NCBI RefSeq assembly: GCF_000150275.1
Contig: NW_002060944.1
Span: 1,598,911-1,662,910, forward strand
Direction of reading: 5' to 3'
Source of the DNA: Trichoplax adhaerens
Taxonomy: Eukaryota > Animalia > Placozoa
DNA: 64,000 bases
Shown in pieces: positions 45,416 through 60,555 of the stretch (position 1 is its first letter; each line of letters opens with the position of its first letter). A program made the translations under genes and the position numbers. The notes under the pieces were generated by a model, which was not told the DNA's origin, made no database searches, and saw only the letters and a list, made by a program, of their open reading frames with translations.

Positions 45416-45511
45416 TAATTAATTTAATCGAAACGGATGTGTTGATTCATACTCTATTATTGATCAAAAGGCCAAGGAGCTAGGAAATACTGCAATCTTA
45501 TACTTAAAAGC

Positions 45512-47432
45512 ATGGCAACACATTGGTTTTCTGCTAGTGAACGCAATAAACATCATATTTGCGATGTACTCAAGCAAGTACTTAATTCTAATGATAGTTA
45601 CTCTGTCGCTGAGGTTGCTTCCGGACATGGTCAACACATCTGTTTCTTTGCAAAAGAATTTCGACAGTCAGTTTGGTCTCCAACAGAAATCAACGCCGAA
45701 TACTTAAACAGGTCGAACCACATAAACGAGTAAACGTTGAATTGAATCATATTCTGTAAGCATAGTATTTTGGAAGGCAATGATGTCCACTATAATTTAC
45801 AGTCTATAAAATTTTCTACCATGCTGTGCAGTTATTAATTGCTTTAATGCAGGTCGAAGCTGGGAATTTTGATCGCTCACATCATCAGCTTTAATTAACC
45901 TAGGTTAACAGAAAATGTAAATCGTGAGCAATTATCTAATGTCAAACCTGCCGTACTACTTGATGCATCCTGGGAGCCAAGCCGATGGAAGGAATCCTTG
46001 TCTGTAAATGGTTACGATCTTGTGATCAATATTAACATGGTCCATATCTCTCCCTTTGAAGCTACAATTGTAAGTGTTATTAGTGAGACATGCACCTTAC
46101 AAAAAATGAATCGCCGTTTTTGGGCCCATGCTTTTAGATCAGTTACACAACAATGATTAGTGATCATTCAAATTTTGTTGCACAAACATCATGTATAGTA
46201 TACATGCACGCGTACAGTAAACTTACATTCTTTAAGCTTTAGTCAATCATTCCTCTAAGGTTAATGGTATAACACTGGGTAGTTCGTCATTATTCTTAAA
46301 ATTCAGATTTTCCAACGTGTTCTGTAAAGTCTGCAAGGATTCGTTCAGATAATATATATGTACAATTGGGATAATTATCCCGATCATCTGAACTAATTTT
46401 GATCTGAATTGAGTTTATAACTGAGATAATGATGTGTGTTCAACTGACTAATTTATAAGTAAGTTATAAATATCTAACTGAAATAATGAATTGTGCCGTG
46501 TATGAGACTGGGTGCTTTACAGTTAATGCTGATATCCTGTTAATATACAATACAGTACAACAAAGTGTATGCAGTCTTTAATTTCTGCAAGTCTTATCCA
46601 TACCTTTGTGTTTATCAATTATACTTATGCTGCATATGCTATCTTTTTAGGGTCTCTTTAATGGTGCAGCCAGCATCCTCAAACAAAATGGTTATCTTCT
46701 GTTATATGGGGTATGTTTTGCGAGTTTGCTACAGATATATCGAAATTATTGTAGAGCATCTTCTAACTTGCGATGCTTCCAATCACTATTCATTCGTTCT
46801 CTTGATAGATGCTATAGCGGGTATTAGAGTTCAATTATGTGAAAATTTTTCTATTAAACATCTGTATTTACGCGTTCTTGTTTACAACTTTAAATTTACA
46901 TAGCCTTATGCGATTCACGGTGTTATCAGTCCAGAAAGCAACGTTAAATTTCATCATTGGCTAAAGAGCAAGTTCGTTAGATATATTCTTAATTTTGCTA
47001 TTGCTTTTTATAACTATCGTAAATGTCGTAATGCGATACGGGGTCATGGTTGAAGCTGCTCTGTAATTTCATTGTTAGGTGCACGGAATGGGGATTGCGG
47101 GATATATTTGAGCTAGAAACGTTAGCACACAAAAATAACATGGTTCTTGAGAAAACGGTAGGTATCACTGGAGAAAAAGATCACTAAATAGATTGAACAG
47201 TTTTCTATTATACCTGGTAATATTGTAACTATGGAGGCTTATATGATATCTTTCTCTTGCTGATTTACCGTACTTCATTTTATAATAGAGTTAAATTCAT
47301 GCAATGCATTTAATATCGGAGTGGACAAAATAAATATATCGTACTACGTATTTTAATTTTTTTTTTATTTATTTCAAGATCGACATGCCTGCCAATAACA
47401 AAATATTGCTCTTTCGAAAATTGAGTGCATGA
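45512..47432 (+). CDS. METTL26: Methyltransferase-like 26 (UPF0585/DUF938), 6 exons
   Basis: ASERNKHHI..EVASGHGQH..WSPTE / LLDAS..INMVHISPF / GLFNGAA..LLLYG / PYAIHGVISPESNVKF / EWGLRDI / DMPANNKILLFRKLSA*. Confidence 0.92.
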
Positions 47433-48611
47433 ATAAATATGGGACTGCATTCAAAATCTATTTTCTATTGTGGATTAACTCTATCTATCAGATGGTGTTC
47501 TCGTACATCATAGCAAATTTATTGTGTTAGTATTGTGAAATATCGTTTTTACATCGTAATAACTGCTGTTTAATGTATTTAAGTTTTCAGTTTTTTTTTC
47601 TATAGTACCATGAAAATAAAACAATAAAAATAACCGCATTCGTTAAATTATTATTAACTTTTATTATAAAAATATAAGCTTTGGCAGGTTCATTACTCTC
47701 TTAGAAATCGAGGATATAGATAATGAAACATAAGTAATAGAGAACGTTTACGGAAGACAAACTATATCATACTACAAATTATGATCTGGATGCTAAATTA
47801 GATTGCTTGCATATTAGTATCTTATAGGAACTTTACGGGTATTTACGGTTAGCTATATTTATATATAGTATTGCGTATAAAACCATTGAAAAGTGTACGG
47901 TATGATACTATAAATACCCTCATGCCTTGCGGAAAGATAACGCAGTAAAGTTAGAAGTTCGTTTACCACAGTATCAATAAGCAGGTTCACAACAAAATTA
48001 CACAACATTACTATTGTCTACGTACAGGTAAGAGCTACTAGAAAAAGGAATCAATTATTAGTAGTTTTATAACGTAGTAGTCCTTGGTCCAGATAAGGTG
48101 TGACTGTAGCGTACGACGTATATAATTTTATACTAGTGTTATTAGCGTGTTTCTTGTGTGCTAGTTTTAGAATAAAATCCTGAATTTCTTGTAATTTCTT
48201 AAAGAGAATTCTACATACACTTCGATCTTCGAATTGATATGGAGAAAAATCTTAAATCCTTCCCAATTAAAATATTCCAAGTCCGTAATAGATTTTACAG
48301 CAACTTTTAAGCTATGATTTCTAAAAAGCCAGATTTATTGGTTGAACTATTTATTTAATAGCAACTCCAACTTAATCACATAATTTTTATTCTGATAGGG
48401 GATAATTTGTTTTTATTGTAACGACATAAGTGTGGAATGATTGCTTACTGTTAATAAATATTTAAATACCATATCCAACCTTACATGATCAATAGAATTC
48501 AAATTTTAGTTAAATCTCCTACCGTTAAATAAGCTTTAAACCTTAAACTTTAATATCAATCTACTACGTACGGCACAGTCTTCCGCACTGTGCTGCATGC
48601 AAAGCACGGTA

Positions 48612-51600
48612 TTACTCCTTAGCGGCAGTCCCAACGGGACCATCTAGTACGTGATTGGATTGAAGTGGGTTGAAAAGTCCTGAATCGGCAGGACTACTAA
48701 GACTTCGTCGGTGAAGCTGGTGCGCCGAACTGCTTTCCAATTTCTAGTATCATGTTGTGTTAGGTATTAGAAAGTGTTAATGAATTCAGTCAATGTAACT
48801 ACCAGATATTTAGGATTAAGAGATTAATAATAAATAGCAAAGCCGCAATGTTAGCCATAGTATCATCAACTTACAGGCATTGGGCTGGGAGATGCAATAG
48901 AAGCCTCCGCTGTAGAACTTCTATAAGAATCAGTTAGTATTTCTACAGATTTAAGTCTTGGTTCGAGACTGTTACCCCTGAAATACAGTACAAGATCAAG
49001 GCAATTGCAATTACTGTACTATCATTTTGATCGCAATAACGAAAACATTTTCCAATGCCGGAATTAGTGTTTTCGCTTACCATGACATTAAATAAATCTT
49101 ATCTAAAGCCGATACTATCGTAACGTGCATATATCTTCAGATAATTAAATTAACGGTAAATTTTTATCTAGCTTTACTGTACCTTCAATAACATTAAGCT
49201 AGAGCGGTAAAAAGATATTTTGCTTATTTACTTTTATAAACATCTTAGTATAGGATCTGGAAAACTTACATTTCCTTGCGTGCAATGCCTCGTCTATTAT
49301 GCGGAAAAGTAATAGTATGACTACCGCCGCAGCTGCGCAGTGATGGTATATCATACATGCCAACAACACTTGATTTTCGGAGAAATGAAGTTTATTTATC
49401 ACTTTACAGTTAGTAGTAGTAATACTAATCCATTCAAAATACGGATGAAGTTACGTGAATCTTACTGTTTTTGATGAAATCGAACTGCTTCTACTTTTAT
49501 TGGTGAATCTGCACGGCTAGAGGATCTTAACGGTAAAGGCTGTTGCAAAGGTAATGATGGTACAATTCTAAAATATGTATGTTAGAAATCAAATTCAGCG
49601 GATTACGCAACTTTCTAGGATAGCAAATCAACATATGAATAATTGCATATACTAACTCAGATTTGGTTTTTGCTACAGGGCTATTGCAAGATATGCAATA
49701 AAACTTTTCTATTAAACGCCTACGATCAATGCCAAATACAAATGATGGTATATTAGCTATATAAAACTGTAACCCATCAAATCTGAAGTTGACGATATCC
49801 AAGTAATCAAGGAAACTAACAGCGCTTAAATTTATAATTTAATTTTATTGCAAATCATCGACCGCAGGTTAACCTACTTGCGTAATCCTGCTGCTAATTC
49901 TGCCACGTTAAGACTTTCCTTATCGCTTTTATCCCCAGTATGAGTCTGTGTTACCTTTTTAACATACTTTTCTATACAAAAATGAAAGGATATTTTTTTT
50001 ATACGACTACATTCCTCACCTTACACAAACACCGAATCTCTTAGATCATGAACTACTATATAATTCATCTATTGTTATATGAAGAGTATATTAATTATTA
50101 AATATTATTATTGCAATCATAATAGTACGCAATTAGAAGTATCATAAAAGCACTTTAAATTTAATCGAAAGAAGTAAACGATTAGTCGCTTGCGTGTATA
50201 CGTAAAATAAAGATTTAAAGATAACAATATTCTTCAACTAAATGCCTCAGGTACACTGAGAGGTCTTATTTACCTAAATATTTTCGTAAGTTCGAAATAG
50301 ACGTTTTATCTAATTTTTTTCCAACCGCTGTAGCCAAACCCTCTAATTGTCCTACCGCATCTTTTACCGCTAAGCCCTGTCATTGCGATCAAACAAAGTA
50401 TAATTACAGCGCATCTAAGTCTTTCTTGTGAATTGAAGAAGTAAATAAAACTACTATAATACGTACATTTTTATCCAACTTCGATATAGTTTCAGTAATT
50501 TTAGCTTCGATTCGGAGTCGCACTGTATTCAAATCACTCATATTAACCTTATCCTTAATTTCTTCTTTATCGGCTTTCTAACAAAGCATAATAGTGGTAA
50601 CGCATTTATTATCCTGAAATCTCTTTAGACTAGCATGAATCATTTACAGAACGTCTGTGAATCCCTAATCCAGCAAAATATACTATCCTATTCCTAGCCG
50701 ATTGTCACTACTCAAATACACGTAGCTCAACCCAAGAACAAATTGCTAGCAAACTGGAATATATGAGTATTGCTACGTGATCTAATATTTACTGTATATT
50801 GATTCATCGAACCAGCAGTAATAACGTTACAATAGATCTAGAATACTCATCGGTACAAGACACATTCTCAACATTAGACTATCGCCGAATAACGTATTAA
50901 TACACATAAATTACATTGCTCTCTCTTCTTGTCCTTAATCTCTGTGTCGTCTCCTAACTCTAACCGTAAATATGCGTTATCTACTCTCAATCATCTTGTC
51001 TTTGTCTTCATTAAGAATAGTTATCACTACAAGTTTAATACGATTCAGAACTCGATTTGACAGTTTCCATTTCTATTCTCTGAGTTAACATTAAAACTAT
51101 TAAAACTATCACAAAAATCACTGCTATTAAATCGAATGGTCGGTATAAAGTTACGGTAATTTCCTACAATATAATATTTTTTATTACCTGTTCATCAATC
51201 TTCCCTACTTCTGTGCCCAAATCATCCTTATCTACTTTACCTTGTGATAATCTATCAGCAGCTTCAAATAACTCCTATGAAACAGCACCAAAACTTTCTT
51301 CAACGACAAATTTAAATCGCTATCAAGCAATTACTAATTATAATAGAAGCAGATCAATATCAATGGCCAGATTATGGATATTTGGCCCTAACATACGAGT
51401 ACACAATCTCAGTTACTGTAATGAAATGGCCACCATGGTTAACGGTATTTATACTCTATATTGCTACATACTTACTACGATATCAAGCTTTAATTTATCA
51501 TCGCTATCTAAGATTTGTCTAATATTGACAGCATGCTTGTTCTGTTCGGTTAGAAGTCGATGCGATTGTCGCTGTAGAATATCAATATCGTCATTTGTCT

Positions 51601-54600
51601 AATGGTAATAATTAATGCGCAGTGTTTAGAAACATAAACCAGCGATTCTATTTACGAAATTTTATTGGCACCCAATATCATCATAGCTGCAATTTTATAA
51701 CCTTTTTAATCGAATCCCTAATTTCTTGACTTATGTCTTCGAGTTGACGCACTTGCTGAAGCAATTTTTCAGACATCTCGCTTTGATTTATGGTATCTAA
51801 AATGTCCGAAATTACGATATTTAAACAGATTGCTATACACTCTTGTAAATACAGTAGAAAACTAAAGACTTGAATTTATTATATACTATGTTTACTTTCG
51901 ACTACGGATAATACTCAAAATACATCTGATGTACTTAAGGAGAAAAAACATGGTAGGTATGCTTTCAGAACTACAGTACAAGTATTCAATCCAAACCTTT
52001 AAGTTTTTTCAACTCTAATCTATCAACTTTCCTTTCCTATTAAAAATATTAAATTCAAATTAGACCAATAAAGTTTAATTCAATTAATTACAGTGTACAC
52101 CGAATAATATACTTTTTGTCGAACGTTATTGTTACAAGCTTTTTATTTCTTACTTAAACTGCATTATGTACTGTCTTTTCTTAATTCATAAATCTAATGT
52201 GATTTCTACCATGGCAGTCAAGCAACGGCTTAGTTTTCAGTAAGTAATTAAAGCTAAACAACTTACCTTTAAGAGTTGAATATCCTTTTGTGCATCCTCC
52301 ACATTATCAGCATAAGTACCTACTCGCTTTCTAAGTTCATCTAACATATCATCGCTATTGATTAAAATACCATCAATTTCTTTCAACTTATTATTAACTG
52401 TTTCGCGAAAGCGCTCAAATTCGTTATGATTTAATCTATCGTTTTTAAGATCTTGATGAGCTGTTAGCGATCTTGCCCGGTAGCCATAAGAAGAATCTCG
52501 CCGATTGGGGTCATCATCTGCATCGAAAATACTACGTCTTCTACCGTCAGCAGTAATTGCCAACTCATTTTTGCCCTGGTAAGCTTGATTTTGATTAAGG
52601 AGTAACTGATTTAAATTGCGAAGTCTCCCTTCTAGCTCACCAAGTATCGAATCCTTCATCGTTTTTAAACCATCATAAAAGACTGGACGAGTAACGTAAG
52701 AATCGAAAGTTGCCTCCGATGGTAACTTATTCATTTTTTGTTTGAGATTAAACTGTAGATATAAACGTTAAAAATTATTTGTAATACAGCAGAATGTCAA
52801 CTCTTGCGATAAGTTTAAGTTATAATAGGTTATTGTAGACGGCAGAACATAAGATGTGTAAAAATATTAAACAGTTTATCCATACACCTTACCGCGATAG
52901 TCCTAACATTATTAACTTCCTCATCCAAAGTATTAATTCGATTATCTACCTTTGATCCTAACCGAAATTGCGATTAGTATTTGCAATTAGTGTATTATTT
53001 GGAACATTTGAAAAAATTTAAATAAATTCTTGCAGTAATAACATCTCCTTCTTCAACTAATTAATTGATTGAAATACCTTTAGAACAAGCTAATTCCTGG
53101 ACTTTTTCACCTAAAGTATGAAGTGACTGTTGAATAAAACCTATTTTGACGTCTAAATCCTATCATGAATATTAAATATTGAAGATATTAAATTGAACAC
53201 ATTAATAACCCAAATTAGGTACGATTAAGCTCATACTACAGTAATGGTAATATCAAATGTACATTCAAATAACGTCCTTATTGGCTGTCTTACAAGAACC
53301 CGTTAATCAGTTAGAGAGTATACCGATATCTAGTACAGTAGTTACTCGTATAGTTTGAAAAAAATTAAATAAAGTATTATGATTATTTCAATTCTTTCAT
53401 TACTTGACCAAACCTAGTGAACCGTTTCTGAATTTACAAAGATAATAAAAACTACTGTATTCCGTATTTATTTCTTGAAATCGCATAAGGTGTCTGTCTA
53501 AGAATATCGCTAAAGTCCATAACGTAAGGCATGAATAATTATAAAATACAATTATACAATTATATAGTTAATTAATCATCTTTAAGTTGTGTGTCGTATA
53601 TACGTAGATTAACAGTCTTAATTCTTATTGGATTGACAATAAGTAATTATGGCCTGGCATTACCTGAACACATTACAAAATACTTAGAGAGAACAAAAGA
53701 AACCTTAAGTGTTAGCTGATGATGATGACAAATATGCGTAATACTATCACATCACCACATCGTTTCTTCATCAGTATAATGTTCACAATAGTTTCACCTA
53801 CCTTATCGATCAATGACAGTTTGCTGTCTATTTCTTTGCTAAACGCATTCGCCCAGTCAGTTGACAATGCATCTAATTCTTTCACTACTCCATCTAGAAT
53901 TGACGATAGCTAACGTAAAAAAGTAGCATAATATTACTATTCCAATTTAGCATTATCTCACAATATTGTCGATTAAATGTTTATAGCACATTGTGATGTA
54001 TTCTCTATTCATTATGTAGAATAACATTAGTTAAAATTACGCAGCAAGACATTCCATACTAAACACGTCATCATAAAAACTACGTAGAGAGAAGATATCA
54101 TAGCAATTATCTTTCCAGTATATTTTCAATTAAATCCCCGTAATTCTTACGGTATCAGATATTTTAAGTATCCGTTACTCCTCATATCTAGAAATATTCA
54201 ACACAATTCTATAACCCATTTATAGTATATACGTAATAAGCTTACTGCTTCTAATGTTTCTTCGGCCGCACCAATGCGCTTCGATAAGTTATTATTTTTC
54301 CATAGATCAGAAACAGACGATACCGCTCTGCTCCTAGTAATTTCTGGAAGTTTCTGAAGTTGTGATTGTGAGATCTCCTTGTTATCTGCCAAAGATAATA
54401 TAATTTACTTAATCCAAATTAATGCAAAATTTTAAAAATTTACGGCTAAAAGTAAAATCACCTGTTAAGCCATCTAAAGTTGGAGAGGTGGTTGGATTTT
54501 CTTCATCCTGAAATGAATTCTTATCTCCTTCATTTGTGATCGATGGAGTTGCTCGATTAGAGCTTTGATGATTCTGCGTAGGAATTTCTGGGTTCGACGA

Positions 54601-54978
54601 ATCAGCTGGATTTTCGATCGAAGGTGTATCATTATTACTTTGATTCCGTTCACCTTTAGCGCGCTCTTGATTATCCTTGAAGATTTCTTCTTGCGCTTGA
54701 GGTTTAATAACCTGGTTATGATGCAGTAACTTTTCGAGCTTGATTTGTAACCCCTGCTGATTCATATAATTACTTCTTATCGATCTTCCAGTTTCTACTT
54801 CTGCTAGAGAATTCTCATTGTTGTAGCTAGTAGCAATTTCCAGAGGCTCTGGCGATCGATTAAATCTTATAATAATGCTGTTTAACAAGCCATGCAAGTG
54901 ATGCAAATTAATGGTACCGTGGAAAGGGTCTAATGATAAATCCAATAAATTCTTCAAATCAGCGTTGATTGTAGCCAT
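48612..54978 (-). CDS. QRICH2/C16orf96-like (DUF4795-type) coiled-coil protein, multi-exon
   Basis: N-terminus LKNLLDLSLDPFHGTINLHHLHGLLNSII resembles the QRICH2/C16orf96 N-terminal motif. There is a long coiled coil with KVDK/KADK repeats, AAGLRK/RLIEKFYCISCNSP near the C-terminus, and a Ser-rich tail ending ...GTAAKE* at 48612. Confidence 0.7.
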
Positions 54979-55773
54979 TTTTATTAACCAAGTAACTCAC
55001 TATTATTATCTATTAATTAGTTGTCACTACATACAGGAAAGTGTACAGTTGCAACGTGTGTAACAATAATGTCAATAACGTGAAAACACATTGAAAGCAC
55101 TAACTGCATTTTATTTTATAGACTTTGAAATTTTTTAAGTAGATGAATTATTGCATGCAATGTATTTCTTAAACTTTTTAAGTTGCTACCCGGCTATAAA
55201 TATGACAGTATATGTTTTAGTTTAGTTTATCGTGTGGTCACTAGGGTGATGATGCAGCGTATACAGTACAGCAAAGGCTGTGGTTGCGATGACTATTGTC
55301 TAATACAGTTTGCATGTAATTATATTTTATGAATGCAGTAGCATTGTTACTATCCCACTTTTTATTATTAATTAGCTACAAATACATGTTGATTTAACAA
55401 TCTCACTATAGTATTACAATTTGTATAACAAAAGCAAGTAAGACAAACGTGTAGGGACATTAATGAATTAATTATCTCAACAATGTATTAATGCTATCTA
55501 TTCGTTAGTGTGGGAATGTTATGCTCTGATAAATTTTATGGGATCACTTCAACTGAAGATCAACTTTGTTCAAGGTGCAAAAAAACCGAAACACTTTATC
55601 AGACCGTATGCAGAGCAGCGAATGAAATTGATCCAGTAGAGAGTACTGGAGAATTTTAGGCTCAGTATGTTACAGTATTAGTCCATAAAACAATTAATCT
55701 TCACCAAACATAAAGCTTCATCAAGACCAAAAATTATGTACAACTATGCATAGATTACATTTAGTAATCCACG

Positions 55774-55864
55774 GTGTACATTATTGTAGTCGGACAATTC
55801 ATGAATAATTAGAGTTACTGTTAGGGTTATTATTCATGAATTGCCCGACTACAGTAATGCACAT
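55774..55864. repeat. 36-bp inverted repeat with 19-nt spacer
   Basis: GTGTACATTATTGTAGTCGGACAATTCATGAATAAT (55774-55809) versus ATTATTCATGAATTGCCCGACTACAGTAATGCACAT (55829-55864); 32/36 complementary. Confidence 0.9.
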
Positions 55865-56519
55865 ACAGTACAACCACTTAAAGTAGAAATATACAGTATA
55901 GTATCTATGTGACTGTTACAAAGCCCCTTCATTAATGTTACTACATAAAAGTACGTAACGCTTCTATATAATTATAATGGATATTTATTTTTAAATTTTA
56001 TCAAGAAACACGTAATAAATTATGGACATTTACTGAACGATCACAATTATTAATAGTTCAGTAAATGCCAAATACAGTATACCGTTACGTATGCTGTAAC
56101 AACACTGTACATCACTTGTCGAAATTTGACGAGAAAAGTTTAAAGGTATAATTGGATCAAATTTACTCTTTCTTAATATACTGTATATTCCAAACGAATT
56201 AAATAAATAATAATAGTATGACAGAATCTTGGATCAAGTTAATTCATTCAAGTAGTAAACTACCTTTTCAAATGAAGCGGAAGATAATTAATTGATTCAT
56301 CTGCGGAAAGCAACAAATTGACAGTTAAGCTATCTTAGATAGGTACGATGCTCGATCGACCAAGTAGAATAAATTATTGTTATTGTATTAACTGTTCATT
56401 TAGTGAATGAAATTGTAATCCCTATACTGTGTTTCATCCTACTGGTACGGACGTACGGTATACCAGGACCACGATGTCCTGTAGCATGGGACATAATTGC
56501 TACTCGTATTATTGACCAA

Positions 56520-56790
56520 CAGTACACAGTATAGTACTAATGCTGTATCATTTTACCTGTTTATGTACTGTATGCTACTGTACAGTATGTACTGTACAGT
56601 GTACAGTATACTAGTATAGACAGACACGATACGCAGGTTTTCTTATTGCTTGACTGACTGATTCTCATCGCTGATAGTACAGTACAGTACGGTGGTCGTG
56701 GTACTGCAGCGAAAACAGAGTTCACTCATTCCAATCTACAGTACAATGTACAGTACATAGTTTCGCAGTACAAAATGGTACTGTAGATAC
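56520..56790. repeat. (TACAG/CTGTA)n cluster immediately upstream of MLST8
   Basis: TACTGTACAGTATGTACTGTACAGTGTACAGTA, GTACAGTACAGTAC, TACAGTACAATGTACAGTACA. Confidence 0.82.
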
Positions 56791-56871
56791 TCGACTAAAG
56801 CAAATTTGACCTGACAGCAAATACTTCTTGTTTAGTTGACCGTACCGAAGCTGCCGAAATTGGAGCGCATA

Positions 56872-58954
56872 ATGGCTGACACAGAAGCCGTTCTTCTCGC
56901 TACTGGCGGTTATGATCATACTATTCGATTGTGGCAACCGCATAGTGGGGTTTGCCATAGGACACTCCAACACCCGGAATCGGTAAGTATGCCTTCGTTA
57001 ACTTCTCCACCATAGGTCCTAACTTTAGATTCGATTAAAAACTTATAAATCTACAGTTGGAGATCGATTGTTACTATTACCAAATAATTTAAATACCTTT
57101 TACAATTCTGAGACTACAAAATGTACAAATGGCAGCTTATCTCGACGTATCCATGCTATTAAAATAGACAAACATATAGTATTTTGTGTGTATGCTATAC
57201 AACATAATGAGTTGATGACAGTTACTTCAAACAGCCTATATTGGAAATCTTATCAACAAACTTTGCTCTCTGTTATATATAGCAAGTGAATGCTCTTTCT
57301 TTAACGCCGGACAAACAATTAATTGCTGCAGCGGGTAATAACCACACTTTTGGTGACAACTTATATTAAAATACCGCAATCATTAATTATATTAAAATTT
57401 TCTTTTCCCTCAGGTTTCCAGTGTGTTAGATTGTACGATGTTCATGGTTGTAACCCTAATCCTGTCAGTAAAGTATTTATACGTAGCTTGGACAAGATTC
57501 AATTTTACTTTTCCAATACTATTCTTGCATTAGTTCACCTGTAGTTACATATCTAAGTTCTTTTGATTCGAGTACAACTTATACCTCTTGATATCAGGTC
57601 ATTAATTGTGATGGGGTTCAAAAGAATATTACTGCAGTAGGATTCCATGGTGATGGTAGATGGATGTTCACGGCTGGTGAAGATGGAAAAGTCAGAATTT
57701 GGGATTTGAGGTAAAATTGGTACCAAGCTACTAGCTAGTTAATCGCCTTAAATTATCACCAGGAGTGTATACGATAAGATTGTTCGAAAAATTTGACGCT
57801 CATATATTTAATGTTTTAGGTCTCGCAATCCGCAAAGTCAAAGAACCTTATCTGTCTCTAACCTTATCAATTGTGCCGTCCTTCATCCTAACCAGGTACG
57901 TTAGAACACACTATATCAGATGACTGTACTCGATGATGACAAACGCAGTTTAATAAAAGTTTTCATTTTATTTATGCGAAAGAATGACTGGTTTTTTATA
58001 TTCTTGTTCTTTCTTCAACAGATTACTATTATTGCAGGTGATCGTAGTGGGACACTTCACATTTGGGACTTAAAATTGAATCAATCTGAGAGAATGGTAA
58101 GCACGATTAAAAACTACGGCATCTATTCAATTTTACTGAATCTAAATTAAATACTATAGGTTGTCAGCACTGATAATGCAATCACTTGCGTTGACATCGA
58201 TCGTGAAGCATCGATGTTAGCCGTTGCTTGTAGTAATGTAAGTAAACTCTGATATACAATAATTCCTAATCATCCTTTCTGACGATTAATATTTTTTCAT
58301 CGTACACCTGGCGTAAAGTAGTGATGGTTTGACGATCTGCTTAAAATATTGATAGGGTATTTGCCATGTCTACGCTCTGAGAGGATCATTCGATTCGGAA
58401 GAACGATTAATAATAAATCCAAAAACGCAAATCCACTGTCACGATACATACGTCATCAAATGTCGATTTAGTCATGATTCGACGTAAGTAAATTTGTATG
58501 TATGCAGCCTTGCAAGTGTCATTAGTCCTTTGTAAGTTGTTCCAATAACTGATCATGCTTTTGTAGATTATTGGCTACGACGTCATCAGATGGGACGATT
58601 AAGGTTTGGCGAACATGCGATTTTACACTTAAATCAACACTATCGAATGCGTCACAGCGTTGGGTATGGGATTGTTCATTCTCTACTGACCCACAATACT
58701 TAATTTCAGGTAAATTATTGACTAAAGCTACAATGGTTTCTGTTAATCCCTTTGCTTTACTAAACTATAAGAGTCTATCTTAAATACCTGATTGCTTGCT
58801 CGCAAACCAAATTTATTATGAATGTAATTTAGTTTCCTCAGATGCAGTTGCAAGACTATGGAATGTTGAAAATGCTAAGACAATAAGAGAATATAGCGGG
58901 CACCAGAAAGCTATTGTCGCTATGGCTTTCTTCGATGGAAATTCAACGGAATAA
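56872..58954 (+). CDS. MLST8: Target of rapamycin complex subunit LST8 (WD40)
   Basis: [37 protein letters not shown] / QVNAL / VRLYD..NPNP / [29 protein letters not shown] / LHPNQ / [23 protein letters not shown] / [22 protein letters not shown]. Confidence 0.96.
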
Positions 58955-60555
58955 CATTTCATGGGACTGTCAATTTTACATATTACTACGAAATTTTGTT
59001 ATTGCATAGAAAAATCGAAGTGGCAATATTTATGCCTCATTGAAGATGTGTTTATTTGTATAATGTGAGACGAAGACGGCTTATCTTTGCATTCTACATA
59101 CTAATATTACATAAATGCATGATTTATATACAATATAAGTTCATGTGTTTATTGTAATTACGGCAATTATAAATAAGCAACTCTTAATCAGACTTAAACT
59201 TAAGTTATATACGTAAAATAGTCTCCTGACTAATTTTATTTCGCGCAAATTCCAACATTTACAAGTTATAAATAAATGTTATCGTTACTGTTTTTACATA
59301 CTGAGATTTTCCGACAACTACGAAACTTTAATGGGTAAATCGTTTAGGAATAATCCTTTCGATTGCATCCAAATTCTGCCGAAGATGACAGTATCGAGCT
59401 TGCAATACTAACAGACTGAAAAAAATTGCGCAAGAGAATATTATTTAAAGCCTGTTCAACATTACGATAATCAATATCTACTGAACCGCAGGACCTGTAG
59501 TGAAATCCACTGTTAATTAAAAATCGCGCCACTGATACCGTGCATGCATACTCAATGCCATTTACACCTACGTAACAGAGGAAAATGTACCTAACTCGCA
59601 AGCCTACTGAAATACTACCAAAAAATTGACTAAGAGCAACAAAAACTATCACTTGATATCCACCAAAAGTAACATATTGTAAAGGTAAACTGGACTAGTT
59701 AGATATTTCTAAAATATCACAACTACAAATGAATTCTTACCTATATAAAGCGAGCGCCCAGCAAAGGCTAAATAAATTTTAATTTTATTTGCGCTGCTGT
59801 TACTTCAAATTTTCTTATGAAAATATCATTTATGCATAAAGAATAATTTTTAAATTCATTAATAAAATTCATAAGAATATTAATAAGTAGATTCAGAAGT
59901 AAAATCTTATCAATATTACGGTAGAGCATCACTTACTAAATGTCCCTCTTGTAGCTGATCGCTATGTATCTGCACTACGAACCCGCTATATCAAATAAAG
60001 AAGCTTGCAGAATACTGTATGTATACTGTACGCGTCAATTGTGGACAATAAAATATGTTTCTGTCCGTATTGTCATTAACTATTGTGTAATTAGTACTTA
60101 CGAGTAGGCAATTTTGCGGTTACCCGAGAACGAATGCTACTATATTTTTATTAAGATGATAATAATTACTATATATAATCGGCATGTAATGCGATAATAA
60201 GGAAATAATTATATCGCACCTGAACTTAACATAATTCATACTGAAAAATGATAATGAGTTGGTTAATGCACGAATCAATGTGAATGAAGCCGAGTTTATT
60301 CCTTATATGCTAACATTTAACATATTCTAGTATTACAAGGCTACGTTACGATATACCTTTCCCAGGCTGAATTACTGGCAAGCAAACAATCACGAAGTTT
60401 TAGCAGTATATCAATATTACATAGAATATGTGGATATCTCGAGATACTAATAAATTTATGTGAGATAAATAAAAATTACGCGGCAGCACTCCTTGCTAAA
60501 TAAATTCATTCTATTCTATTTTTATTAATACCCACTTTTATATGAGGGCTTAATT

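Noticed and set aside
46364-46384. Palindrome GGGATAATTATCCC in METTL26 intron
   Set aside because: Short, single copy, AT-core palindrome; no other support for function.
37228-49995. ATATCCTT strings on the minus strand (~37235, ~49990) as U12-type donors
   Set aside because: Both sit just before ordinary AG acceptors of GT-AG introns, not at exon ends.
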